Virus genome (UHGV): UHGV-0150678
From: a virus
DNA length: 39,693 nucleotides
Direction: 5' to 3' (one strand)
A program made the translations under genes and the position numbers. Below, piece after piece: positions 9,030-17,874 of the stretch. The notes under the pieces were generated by a model. It was given only the letters and a program-made list of their open reading frames with translations. It was not told the DNA's origin and searched no databases. Each line of letters starts with the position of its first letter. Position 1 is the stretch's first letter.

Positions 9030-9649
9030 GACTCGAAAGTGTAGCTAAATTTCATTCGCCAAAAAGCCCGATGATGAGCGACTCACCACGGGCTACGGCT
9101 TCTGACTCTCTTTCCGGTACTGATGTGATGGCTGCTATGGGGATGGCGCAATCACAAGCCGGATTCGGAATGGCTGCATTCTGTGGTAAACATGAACTCA
9201 GCCAGAACGACAAACAAAAGGCTATCAACTATCTGATGCAATTTGCACACAAGGTATCGGGGAAATACCGTGGTGTGGCAAAGCTTGAAGGAAATACTAA
9301 GACAAAGGTACTGCAAGTGCTCGCAACATTCGCTTATGCGGATTATTGCCGTAGTGCCGCGACGCCGGGCGCAAGATGCAGAGATTGCCACGGTACAGGC
9401 CGTGCGGTTGATATAGCCAAAACGGAGCAGTGGGGGAGAGTTGTTGAGAAAGAGTGCGGAAGATGCAAAGGCGTCGGTTATTCAAGGATGCCAGCAAGCG
9501 CCGCATATCGCGCTGTAACGATGCTAATCCCAAACCTTACTCAACCCACCTGGTCACGCACTGTTAAGCCGCTGTATGACGCTCTGGTGGTGCAATGCCA
9601 CAAAGAAGAGTCAATCGCAGACAACATTTTGAATGCTGTCACACGTTAG
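9026..9649 (+). CDS. Q: Late antiterminator Q (lambda-type)
   Basis: 207 aa, MRLESVAKFHSPKSPMMSDSPRATASDS... through the zinc-finger region CRDCHGTGR...CGRCKG matches lambda Q. Confidence 0.95.
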   Translation: MRLESVAKFHSPKSPMMSDSPRATASDSLSGTDVMAAMGMAQSQAGFGMAAFCGKHELSQNDKQKAINYLMQFAHKVSGKYRGVAKLEGNTKTKVLQVLATFAYADYCRSAATPGARCRDCHGTGRAVDIAKTEQWGRVVEKECGRCKGVGYSRMPASAAYRAVTMLIPNLTQPTWSRTVKPLYDALVVQCHKEESIADNILNAVTR

Positions 9650-9691
9650 CAGCATGATTGCCACGGATGGCAACATATTAACGGCATAATA

Positions 9692-9720
9692 TTGACTTAT
9701 TGAATAAAGTTGGGTAAATT
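9692..9720 (+). promoter_or_regulatory. Late promoter pR' with qut region
   Basis: TTGACT (9692-9697), 17-bp spacer, TAAATT (9715-9720); matches the lambda pR' context TTGACTTATTGAATAAA.TTGGGTAAATTTGACTCAACGATGG. Confidence 0.85.
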
Positions 9721-9754
9721 TGACTCAACGATGGATAAATGCACTCGTTAAATA

Positions 9755-9786
9755 AAGCCCTGAGTTAATAGCTCGGGGCTTTTTGC
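9755..9786 (+). terminator. tR'-like terminator of the short late leader transcript
   Basis: Imperfect hairpin AGCCCTGAG...CTCGGGGCT followed by TTTTTGCGTTTT. Confidence 0.55.
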
Positions 9787-10084
9787 GTTTTAAGCACGGC
9801 CTTTCTGAAAGCACATCAAACCAAATACCAGACAGACAAAAATAATCACCTTATCCGCTGTGGCTACGGTGCGGTGTGCTTTGCATAAAAGAAAACCAGC
9901 GCAATGGCTGGCTTCGTGAAAGCGGGTGGCATGAGGTTGCGCTAACAACCTCCTGCCGTTTTGCCCGTGCATATCGGTCACGAACAAATCTGATTACTAA
10001 ACACAGTAGCCTGGATTTGTTCTATCAGTAATCGACCTTATTCCTAATTAAATAGAGCAAATCCCCTCAATGAAGGGGTAGAGC

Positions 10085-10288
10085 ATGTACCGTATGGACA
10101 AAATCAGAGAATGGTTCAGTTACAGCTTCGGAGGACTGACTGCGATGGGTGGCATTCTCTCCCTGAATGACTGGGCTGTCATCATTGGTATTCTTTGTAC
10201 TGTCGGCACATTTGGCATCAACTGGTACTACAAGCGCAAAGAGCGCGAGGACAGATTGAATGGCAATGTCACCGGCACTACGAAATAG
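10085..10288 (+). CDS. Class II holin with dual-start motif (pinholin-like)
   Basis: 67 aa, two predicted TM helices and a charged C-terminus; N-terminal M-Y-R-M-D-K dual-start arrangement. Preceded by the hairpin CCCCTCAATGAAGGGG, analogous to the lambda S sdi structure. Confidence 0.8.
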   Translation: MYRMDKIREWFSYSFGGLTAMGGILSLNDWAVIIGILCTVGTFGINWYYKRKEREDRLNGNVTGTTK

Positions 10289-10763
10289 CGTAATAGCGGC
10301 GATAAGTGGCGGGGCTATTGCTATAGCATCTGTGTTAATCACTGGACCAAGTGGTAACGATGGTCTGGAAGGTGTCAGCTACATACCATACAAAGATATT
10401 GTTGGTGTATGGACTGTATGTCACGGACACACCGGAAAAGACATCATGCTCGGTAAAACGTATACCGAAGCAGAATGCAAAGCTCTCCTGAACAAAGACC
10501 TTGCCACGGTCGCCAGACAAATTAACCCGTACATCAAAGTCGATATACCGGAAACAACGCGCGGCGCTCTTTACTCGTTCGTCTACAACGTGGGGGCTGG
10601 CAATTTCAGAACATCGACGCTTCTTCGCAAAATCAACCAGGGCGATATCAAGGGCGCATGTGACCAGCTGCGTCGCTGGACATACGCTGGCGGTAAGCAA
10701 TGGAAAGGGCTGATGACCCGTCGCGATATTGAGCGTGAAGTCTGTTTGTGGGGGCAGCAATGA
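10260..10763 (+). CDS. SAR endolysin (T4-lysozyme-like, glycoside hydrolase family 24)
   Basis: N-terminal weakly hydrophobic Gly/Ala-rich SAR segment ([20 protein letters not shown]) followed by a lysozyme-like domain. Confidence 0.9.
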   Translation: MAMSPALRNSVIAAISGGAIAIASVLITGPSGNDGLEGVSYIPYKDIVGVWTVCHGHTGKDIMLGKTYTEAECKALLNKDLATVARQINPYIKVDIPETTRGALYSFVYNVGAGNFRTSTLLRKINQGDIKGACDQLRRWTYAGGKQWKGLMTRRDIEREVCLWGQQ

Positions 10764-11197
10764 GCAGGTTAACCGCGATTATCTCCGCTCTGGTTATCTG
10801 CATCATCGTCTGTCTGTCATGGGCTGTTAATCATTACCGTGATAACGCCATTACCTACAAAGAGCAGCGCGATAAGGCCACATCCACAATCGCTGATATG
10901 CAGAAGCGTCAACGTGATGTAGCAGAACTCGATGCCAGATATACAAAGGAGCTTGCTGATGCTAACGCGACTATCGAAAGTCTCCGTGCTGATATTTCTG
11001 CTGGTCGTAAGCGCCTGCAAGTCGCTGCCACCTGTGCAAAGTCAACGACCGGAGCCAGCAGCATGGGCGATGGAGAAAGCCCAAGACTTACAGCAGATGC
11101 TGAACTCAATTATTACCGTCTACGAAGTGGAATCGACAGAATAACCGCGCAGGTTAACTACCTGCAGGAGTACATCAGGGCGCAATGCCTTCGATGA
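10760..11197 (+). CDS. Rz: Rz-like i-spanin
   Basis: N-terminal TM segment then coiled-coil periplasmic domain; ATG overlaps the endolysin stop (ATGA). Confidence 0.8.
   Translation: MSRLTAIISALVICIIVCLSWAVNHYRDNAITYKEQRDKATSTIADMQKRQRDVAELDARYTKELADANATIESLRADISAGRKRLQVAATCAKSTTGASSMGDGESPRLTADAELNYYRLRSGIDRITAQVNYLQEYIRAQCLR
10959..11144 (+). CDS. Rz1: Rz1-like o-spanin lipoprotein embedded in Rz (+1 frame)
   Basis: [20 protein letters not shown] with lipobox V-S-A-C, then a Pro-rich segment; entirely inside Rz in another frame. Confidence 0.75.
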   Translation: MLTRLSKVSVLIFLLVVSACKSLPPVQSQRPEPAAWAMEKAQDLQQMLNSIITVYEVESTE

Positions 11198-11371
11198 TAA
11201 CGATAATTTTACTCATCATCCTTCACATCTGGCTCTGTAGACAGGGTGGTGATCACTTCTGGAGTGAATCCAGATTAAACATCTCATTGCTGATGCTTGA
11301 TATTGAGCATCTGGCGCGCGGTAAGGGGCTGCGTTGAGATAAGAGCCAGTCATCACAAACACCAGGATTTA

Positions 11372-11397
11372 GCCTCGCATTCGCGGGGTTTTTTTAT
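11372..11397 (+). terminator. Rho-independent terminator between the lysis cassette and the DUF2829-like gene
   Basis: Stem CCTCGC/GCGGGG with one G-U pair, loop ATTC, then TTTTTTTATT. Confidence 0.6.
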
Positions 11398-11419
11398 TCC
11401 CAACTCCATAGGTAATTTT

Positions 11420-11899
11420 ATGACCCAGCATATTGGCGTAAAACTGATTAACGCCTTTCCGATGACGAGACAGGCATATAACGATTTTCGTGGCTGGCAG
11501 CTTCCTGCCGGAGAAAACGGCGAGGACGAAGGCTATCTGGTTGAATATCTGGATGGCGGAAAACCTAACACCGATCGCTTTGATGGCTACGTTAGCTGGA
11601 GTCCAAAAGAAGTATTCGAAAAGGCTTATCGTCCGGTATCAGGGCTAAGTTTCGGCCTTGCCATGGAAGCGTTAAAACAGGGCAAAAGTTTGCAGCGGGC
11701 AGGATGGAATGGGAAAGATCAGTTTGTTTATCTCGTGAAAGGAGAAAAATTAGCGTCTGCGTTGGGTTATGGCTTTGGCGAATATGTTGGCGAGCCAACT
11801 TTCAATGACACGCTTGTATTGAAAAACTCACAGAACCGCCTTGCTACATGGGCTCCATCCATTGGCGACCTGATGGCTGAAGACTGGCAAATCATTTAA
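11420..11899 (+). CDS. DUF2829-like protein (Tad2-like C-terminal domain with about 70-aa N-terminal extension)
   Basis: Internal ATG at 11420 of the track ORF. The C-terminal region FGLAMEALKQGKSLQRAGWNGKDQFVYLVKG fits the A-L-K-x-G-K...GWNGK signature I associate with DUF2829. Confidence 0.6.
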   Translation: MTQHIGVKLINAFPMTRQAYNDFRGWQLPAGENGEDEGYLVEYLDGGKPNTDRFDGYVSWSPKEVFEKAYRPVSGLSFGLAMEALKQGKSLQRAGWNGKDQFVYLVKGEKLASALGYGFGEYVGEPTFNDTLVLKNSQNRLATWAPSIGDLMAEDWQII

Positions 11900-12140
11900 C
11901 CATGTAGGCATTACAAAGCCTATACCTTAATGATCACGATATTGAAGTAATGGACCGCCAAACGAAGAGAGATATCCTATCACATAACAAATCGTTGCAG
12001 GAGAACTGCAAATTATAAATTAGCGAAGATCATGCAATGGAAAAAAATGAATGTTCGAACTGATAAAGAATTAATGTCTTCAGTTAAGAAAGAGGACGTT
12101 TCTCATTTAAAGAAAATTAAGCGATGCAATGAGTACCATT

Positions 12141-12166
12141 TCAAAAAGCCGGGTGTTAAACCCGAC
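12141..12166 (-). terminator. Terminator of the antisense moron
   Basis: Short stem CGGGT/ACCCG (12150-12154 with 12160-12164), followed on the minus strand by CTTTTTGA. Confidence 0.4.
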
Positions 12167-12174
12167 CTGAATAA

Positions 12175-12708
12175 TCATTCCAGCGGTTCTACTGGATCTG
12201 TCTTTGCTCGTGATGCGAATTGAATGAGCGCCAAAAGAGCCGAACGCATTTTTACATACTCTCTGCTTTTTACAACCTCTGACATATGCTCAGTGACATT
12301 AATATTGGCTGAGCAATACCCTTCCTTTGTTGGAACCGATATTTCCACTTTCATACCTTGATCTATCAGGCCACCCAAAATTCGCAGAGGCTCTGGTTCG
12401 ATCAAAGCAGATACGCGGTTTTTGTCTACGGGTTGAAAGCAGAGTGATGATCCATCATAACGGATTAGAACTCCACTCCGATCAGGACGCATCTCTGGTC
12501 CTATATCCAGAATTCGCCATCCGCAATACCAAGTGCGGCAAACAGAAGGGCGTTCATCATAAATTGCACATCCTCCCTGATGTTTAAGGTGCTGGCATGG
12601 GATGTCAGCCAACTTTTTTAACGTTGGCTGTTCAATTCGTAGCGAAGTGCAGCACACAGAGCATGAACCGCACTTTCTGTTTTTGATTAGTAATTTTTCT
12701 AAACTCAT
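12175..12708 (-). CDS. YkgJ/UPF0153-family protein with CxxCxxCC metal-binding motif, antisense to the late operon
   Basis: CGSCSVCC followed by GGCAIYDERPSVCRTWYC fits the CxxCxxCC putative Zn/Fe-chelating domain pattern. Start taken at the ATG with GGGAGA upstream (track ORF starts at TTG 12753). Sits where lambda carries bor. Confidence 0.65.
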   Translation of the reverse strand: MSLEKLLIKNRKCGSCSVCCTSLRIEQPTLKKLADIPCQHLKHQGGCAIYDERPSVCRTWYCGWRILDIGPEMRPDRSGVLIRYDGSSLCFQPVDKNRVSALIEPEPLRILGGLIDQGMKVEISVPTKEGYCSANINVTEHMSEVVKSREYVKMRSALLALIQFASRAKTDPVEPLE

Positions 12709-12732
12709 TGGGCATCTCCCAAAGGTAATTAA

Positions 12733-13260
12733 ATGGCACTCACCGACAAGCAAGAAATGTTCTGTCGCGAGTACCTCATCGATTTAAACGCCACGCAAGC
12801 GGCTATTCGGGCGGGGTACAGCGCAAAAACAGCCAACCGTACTGCGTCCGAAAACATGTCAAAACCTGACATACAACTCAGAATCGCCGAACTGAAAGCA
12901 CAACGCAATGATCTTGTTGGTATTAATGCAGAATATGTACTTAATCGCCTTATTGAAATCGACCAGATGGATGTGCTTGACATTCTCCTGCAAAACGGTG
13001 AGCTAAAACCCATTAAAGACTGGCCTAAGGTATGGCGCACAACGTTATCAGGAATGGATGTCGTGGAGATGGCATCCGCAGATAGCGCCGCACTCCTGAA
13101 GAAAATCAAATGGCCTGATAAGGTTAAAAACCTCGAACTTCTTGGTAAGCATGTTTCTGTTCAGGCGTTTAAAGAACAAGCTTCTCACGAACTAACAGGC
13201 AAAGACGGCGGCGCAATCCAGATTGAAACATCACCGATGAGCACTCTATTCGGAAAATGA
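12733..13260 (+). CDS. Terminase small subunit
   Basis: N-terminus MALTDKQEMFCREYLIDLNATQAAIRAGYSAKTA is typical of the Terminase_2/P27-type small subunit. Confidence 0.85.
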   Translation: MALTDKQEMFCREYLIDLNATQAAIRAGYSAKTANRTASENMSKPDIQLRIAELKAQRNDLVGINAEYVLNRLIEIDQMDVLDILLQNGELKPIKDWPKVWRTTLSGMDVVEMASADSAALLKKIKWPDKVKNLELLGKHVSVQAFKEQASHELTGKDGGAIQIETSPMSTLFGK

Positions 13261-14672
13261 CCTCGATTAATCCTATCTTTGAACCGTTCATTGAGGCGCA
13301 TCGCTACAAAGTCGCCAAAGGCGGTCGAGGTAGCGGTAAATCATGGGCAATTGCGAGACTGCTTGTTGAAGCGGCGCGTCGGCAGCCTGTGCGTATTCTC
13401 TGCGCTCGTGAACTGCAAAACAGTATCAGCGATTCGGTAATCCGGCTGCTTGAAGACACCATCGAGCGTGAAGGATATTCGGCTGAGTTTGAAATTCAGC
13501 GTTCAATGATTCGTCATCTCGGAACGAATGCTGAATTCATGTTCTACGGCATAAAAAACAACCCGACGAAGATTAAATCGCTCGAAGGCATTGATATCTG
13601 CTGGGTGGAAGAAGCGGAAGCGGTAACGAAGGAATCATGGGATATCCTGATCCCAACCATCCGTAAGCCGTTCTCTGAAATATGGGTGAGCTTTAACCCG
13701 AAGAACATCCTCGACGATACCTATCAGCGATTCGTCGTAAATCCTCCCGATGATATTTGCCTGCTGACGGTGAACTACACCGACAACCCGCACTTTCCTG
13801 AAGTTCTCCGTCTGGAGATGGAAGAGTGCAAACGCAGAAATCCGACACTGTATCGTCACATCTGGCTTGGTGAGCCAGTAAGCGCAAGTGATATGGCAAT
13901 CATCAAACGTGAATGGCTTGAAGCCGCAACCGATGCGCACAAGAAACTCGGATGGAAAGCGAAAGGCGCTGTTGTCTCTGCGCATGACCCGTCAGATACA
14001 GGACCGGATGCTAAAGGTTATGCATCGCGCCACGGTTCGGTAGTTAAGCGCATTGCCGAAGGTCTGCTGATGGACATCAATGAAGGTGCTGACTGGGCAA
14101 CTTCGCTGGCGATTGAAGACGGCGCTGACCACTACTTGTGGGATGGCGATGGCGTTGGTGCAGGGCTACGCAGACAGACAACGGAAGCATTCTCCGGTAA
14201 GAAAATCACCGCTACGATGTTCAAGGGCAGCGAATCGCCATTTGATGAAGATGCACCATATCAGGCCGGAGCATGGGCTGATGAAGTCGTGCAGGGCGAC
14301 AACGTTCGCACTATTGGCGATGTATTCCGCAATAAGCGAGCGCAATTCTATTACGCGCTGGCTGACAGGCTGTATCTGACATATCGGGCGGTTGTCCACG
14401 GTGAGTATGCAGACCCCGACGACATGCTGAGTTTCGACAAAGAAGCGATAGGCGAGAAGATGCTGGAGAAGCTGTTTGCAGAACTGACGCAGATTCAGCG
14501 CAAATTCAATAATAACGGGAAGCTGGAGCTTATGACTAAGGTCGAAATGAAGCAGAAGCTCGGTATTCCATCTCCTAACCTGGCTGATGCGCTGATGATG
14601 TGTATGCATTGCCCGGAGTCGGCTGCGCAACCCGACTATTCCAGTTACTCAATTCCTTGTGGTGTAGGTTGA
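13257..14672 (+). CDS. Terminase large subunit
   Basis: Walker A KGGRGSGKS near the N-terminus, Walker B ICWVEEAE, and a C-terminal nuclease-like region; overlaps the terS stop. Confidence 0.9.
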   Translation: MTSINPIFEPFIEAHRYKVAKGGRGSGKSWAIARLLVEAARRQPVRILCARELQNSISDSVIRLLEDTIEREGYSAEFEIQRSMIRHLGTNAEFMFYGIKNNPTKIKSLEGIDICWVEEAEAVTKESWDILIPTIRKPFSEIWVSFNPKNILDDTYQRFVVNPPDDICLLTVNYTDNPHFPEVLRLEMEECKRRNPTLYRHIWLGEPVSASDMAIIKREWLEAATDAHKKLGWKAKGAVVSAHDPSDTGPDAKGYASRHGSVVKRIAEGLLMDINEGADWATSLAIEDGADHYLWDGDGVGAGLRRQTTEAFSGKKITATMFKGSESPFDEDAPYQAGAWADEVVQGDNVRTIGDVFRNKRAQFYYALADRLYLTYRAVVHGEYADPDDMLSFDKEAIGEKMLEKLFAELTQIQRKFNNNGKLELMTKVEMKQKLGIPSPNLADALMMCMHCPESAAQPDYSSYSIPCGVG

Positions 14673-14673
14673 T

Positions 14674-16872
14674 ATGGCAGAAAAAAAGATGACTGACTGG
14701 CATCGCAAGGTGCTGTGCAACTTTGATAATGCCTGGTCAGCAACGCAGGATATGCGTGAGCAGATTATTGAGGCTCAACGTTTCGTCCGGGTGTCCGGCG
14801 CACAGTGGGAAGGCAGCACAAACGCTGGTTACTCATTTGATGAAGGCAGGTTTGAGCATTATCCGCGTTTTGAACTGAATAAGATTTCCCGTGAATGTGA
14901 TCGCATCATTGGCGAGTATCGGCAGAATCGCATCAGCGTTAAATTCAGGCCGAAGGATGACAAGGCATCGGAAGCGTTAGCCGAAAAGATGAACGGCAAA
15001 TTCCGCGCTGATTATCAGGAAACATCCGGTGGCGAAGCGTGTGATAACGCATTTGATGATGCTGTAACGGGCGGATTCGGTTGTTTCCGCATGTGTGCTG
15101 ATTACGAAGATGAAATGGATCCGAGTAACGAGCAGCGACGCATCAGCCTTCTTCCTGTTTACGACCCAGCGACATGCGTCTTCTTCGATCAGGACAGCAA
15201 GCAATATGACCGCTCTGATGCTATGTGGGCTATGGAAATGTTCTCCATGACGCCTAAAGCGTTCGAGGCTGAATACCCTGATTCCATCGCGGCAAGCCTT
15301 TCTCGTGATGACACTGGCACTCAATATGACTGGTCAACGCCCGATGCCATCTATGTTGGACGCTACTACGAAGTTCGCATAGAGAAGGTGAAGCTCACGG
15401 CGTGGCGCAACCCTGTTAGCGGAGAAACGGCAATCTATGATGAAGAGCAAATCAAAGATGTTGTCGACGAGCTAACCGATGGCGCATTCGAACTGATTGG
15501 TGAGCGAACGGTGAAGAAACGCCGCGTTTATTGCGGCCTTCTGTCTGGCGCTGAATGGCTGGAAGAACCAAAGCGTATTCCGGGAGAACATATTCCACTC
15601 ATCCCGGTATATGGGCGTCGCTCATTTGTTGATAATCAGGAGCGAATCGAAGGCCACGCAGCAAAAGCGATGGATGCACAGCGTCTTGAGAACCTGATGG
15701 TTTCCATGATTGCAGATAACGCTACTCAGGCTGGCGGTGATGGCATTCCTGTAGTTGATGTTGACATGATTCCTGGTCCTCTCGCCAATCATTGGGCGGA
15801 GCGCAACAAAAAGCGCCCGGCGTTCCTGCCGATGGTAAGTCTGAAAAACAAAAACGGAGATATTACTGCGCAGGCTCAGGTCAGCAGTTATACACCTCCG
15901 ACACAAATGCCTCCTGCTCTTGCCGGGCTATTGCAGTACACCGGAACGGCTATTCAGCAAATTACAGGTGCGTCGCAGCTTGAGAATATGCCGAGCAACG
16001 TCGCTACCGATACCGTTGATAGCATCTTTAACCGGATGGACACGCAGTCCTATATCTACATGGACAACATGGCTAAATCCATGCGCCGCGCTGGCGTCGT
16101 GTGGCTTTCTATGGCTCGTGAAGTCTATGGCAGCGATACGCCAATGCGCATTGTTAATGAGGACGGCAGCGATGACGTGGCGCTGATGACTGGTGAAGTG
16201 GTTGACCGTCAGACAGGGCAGGTTATCGCGCTTAACGACCTTTCGCAGGGTAACTATGAAGTGACTGTCGATGTCGGTCAGTCGTTCGCTACTCGCCGTG
16301 ATGCAACGGTTAAGTCGTTACTTTCCATGCTGGCACTTATCCCACCAGGAACGCCGAAGCACGACCTTGTATCGTCGATGATTCTCGACAATATGGACGG
16401 CGAAGGGATGGATGACCTTAAAGAATACAACCGCAATCAGTTGCTTCTGTCTGGAGTTATCAAGCCGAGAACGCCAGAAGAGCAGCAGATGGTTGAGCAG
16501 GCGAAACAACAACAGGCCAGTCAGCCAGATCCGGCTATGGTTGCAGCGCAAGGTCAGCTTCTTGCTGGTCAGGCTGAATTGCAGAAAGCGCAGAACGAAC
16601 AGGCAGCCATTCAGGTTAAAGCATTCCAGGCACAGACTGATGCTCAGGTTGCTGCGGCAAATGTTGTGAAAATCCTCGCATCTGCCGATAGTCAGCAGAA
16701 ATCTGATATCCGCGAGGCTCTGAAACTGCTCGGACAGTTCCAGCAACAGCAAGGAGACAATGCCCGTGCTGATGCAGAGCTTGTCCTGAAAAGTCAGGCA
16801 CAGGGTCATGCGCAGCGCATGGACATCAGCAGCATCCTACAAAAATCAACTCAGCAACAACCACAGCAGTAA
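14674..16872 (+). CDS. Portal protein (P22 gp1-like)
   Basis: 732 aa with a long C-terminal Gln-rich helical region (QQQASQP...AQGQLLAGQAELQKAQNEQ), as in the P22 portal barrel. Confidence 0.9.
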   Translation: MAEKKMTDWHRKVLCNFDNAWSATQDMREQIIEAQRFVRVSGAQWEGSTNAGYSFDEGRFEHYPRFELNKISRECDRIIGEYRQNRISVKFRPKDDKASEALAEKMNGKFRADYQETSGGEACDNAFDDAVTGGFGCFRMCADYEDEMDPSNEQRRISLLPVYDPATCVFFDQDSKQYDRSDAMWAMEMFSMTPKAFEAEYPDSIAASLSRDDTGTQYDWSTPDAIYVGRYYEVRIEKVKLTAWRNPVSGETAIYDEEQIKDVVDELTDGAFELIGERTVKKRRVYCGLLSGAEWLEEPKRIPGEHIPLIPVYGRRSFVDNQERIEGHAAKAMDAQRLENLMVSMIADNATQAGGDGIPVVDVDMIPGPLANHWAERNKKRPAFLPMVSLKNKNGDITAQAQVSSYTPPTQMPPALAGLLQYTGTAIQQITGASQLENMPSNVATDTVDSIFNRMDTQSYIYMDNMAKSMRRAGVVWLSMAREVYGSDTPMRIVNEDGSDDVALMTGEVVDRQTGQVIALNDLSQGNYEVTVDVGQSFATRRDATVKSLLSMLALIPPGTPKHDLVSSMILDNMDGEGMDDLKEYNRNQLLLSGVIKPRTPEEQQMVEQAKQQQASQPDPAMVAAQGQLLAGQAELQKAQNEQAAIQVKAFQAQTDAQVAAANVVKILASADSQQKSDIREALKLLGQFQQQQGDNARADAELVLKSQAQGHAQRMDISSILQKSTQQQPQQ

Positions 16873-16962
16873 TTAACCCATAACGTGCAATGGCTGTCTT
16901 TATGAGGCCTGGCACCCTATTGCCTTCCGATGGGCTGAACATCGAGTAAACAGGGGTAACAA

Positions 16963-17856
16963 ATGGACCAGATGGCAGAAAACACACCAGAAGTTGAAAT
17001 CGAAACCGACGCGTCAGAGCAGATTCCTGATGATGTCGAACTGGCTGAAGAAGTCGAAACAGCAGATGGCAGTGAGTCCTCAGGAAATGATGCAGAGGAA
17101 GCTACTGACACTGATGACGACGAATCAGAACAGGAATTCTACTTTGGTGACGAAAAGCTGGATTCGCCAACCAGCGAAGATAGCGCAGAGCATGGACTGG
17201 TAAAACACCTGCGCAAGACGATTAAAGAGAAAGACCGCGAGCTGAAAGAGCTGATGCGTCAGTCTCAGAAACCCGTCGAGCAGCAGCCGGTAATCACTCA
17301 ACCACCGCGAATGCCAAAACTGGATGATGAGGACATCGGTTTCGATGAAGAAATCTATCAGCAACGCATGGCTAAGTGGGCAGAGGATAACGGCAAGTAC
17401 CAGCAACAGGAGATAGCTCGCAAGCAGAAGGAGCAGGAGCTTCAGGCTGCCTATCAAGAGCGATTATCCAAATATCAGCAACGTGTTAAGGCTCTCAAGG
17501 TTCCTGGCTATCAGGAAGCAGAACAGGCCGTACTCGAGGAAATCCCCATCGAGACACAAAACGCGATCCTGTTTGAGTCAGAGAAGCCGGAAATCGTTGT
17601 TCTGGCACTCGGTCGCAACGCTGAACTGCGCAAGCAACTGGCAGAAGCTACCAACCCCGTAGCAATTGGTCGTCTGCTGGAACGTATCGAATCGAAGGCC
17701 AGAATCATGCCAAAAGCAAAAACCACGGCAGCCACAACCCCGACAGTTAAGGGGAGCAACGGCGCAGTAATCAACAACCTCGACAAATTGAAAGCCAAGG
17801 CGCTGGAAACTGGTGACTGGACGCCGTATTTCGCCGCTAAAAAGGCAAAAAAATAA
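16963..17856 (+). CDS. Scaffolding protein (P22 gp8-like)
   Basis: Highly acidic N-terminus, coiled-coil middle, helix-turn-helix-like basic C-terminus; sits between portal and coat. Confidence 0.8.
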   Translation: MDQMAENTPEVEIETDASEQIPDDVELAEEVETADGSESSGNDAEEATDTDDDESEQEFYFGDEKLDSPTSEDSAEHGLVKHLRKTIKEKDRELKELMRQSQKPVEQQPVITQPPRMPKLDDEDIGFDEEIYQQRMAKWAEDNGKYQQQEIARKQKEQELQAAYQERLSKYQQRVKALKVPGYQEAEQAVLEEIPIETQNAILFESEKPEIVVLALGRNAELRKQLAEATNPVAIGRLLERIESKARIMPKAKTTAATTPTVKGSNGAVINNLDKLKAKALETGDWTPYFAAKKAKK

Positions 17857-17874
17857 CCTATCGGAGCATTAAGC

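Noticed and set aside
12032..12223. Plus-strand 63-aa ORF in the AT-rich region after the DUF2829-like gene
   Set aside because: No SD, a Lys-rich low-complexity product, and overlap with the terminator and 3' end of the antisense gene; most likely a chance ORF in AT-rich DNA.
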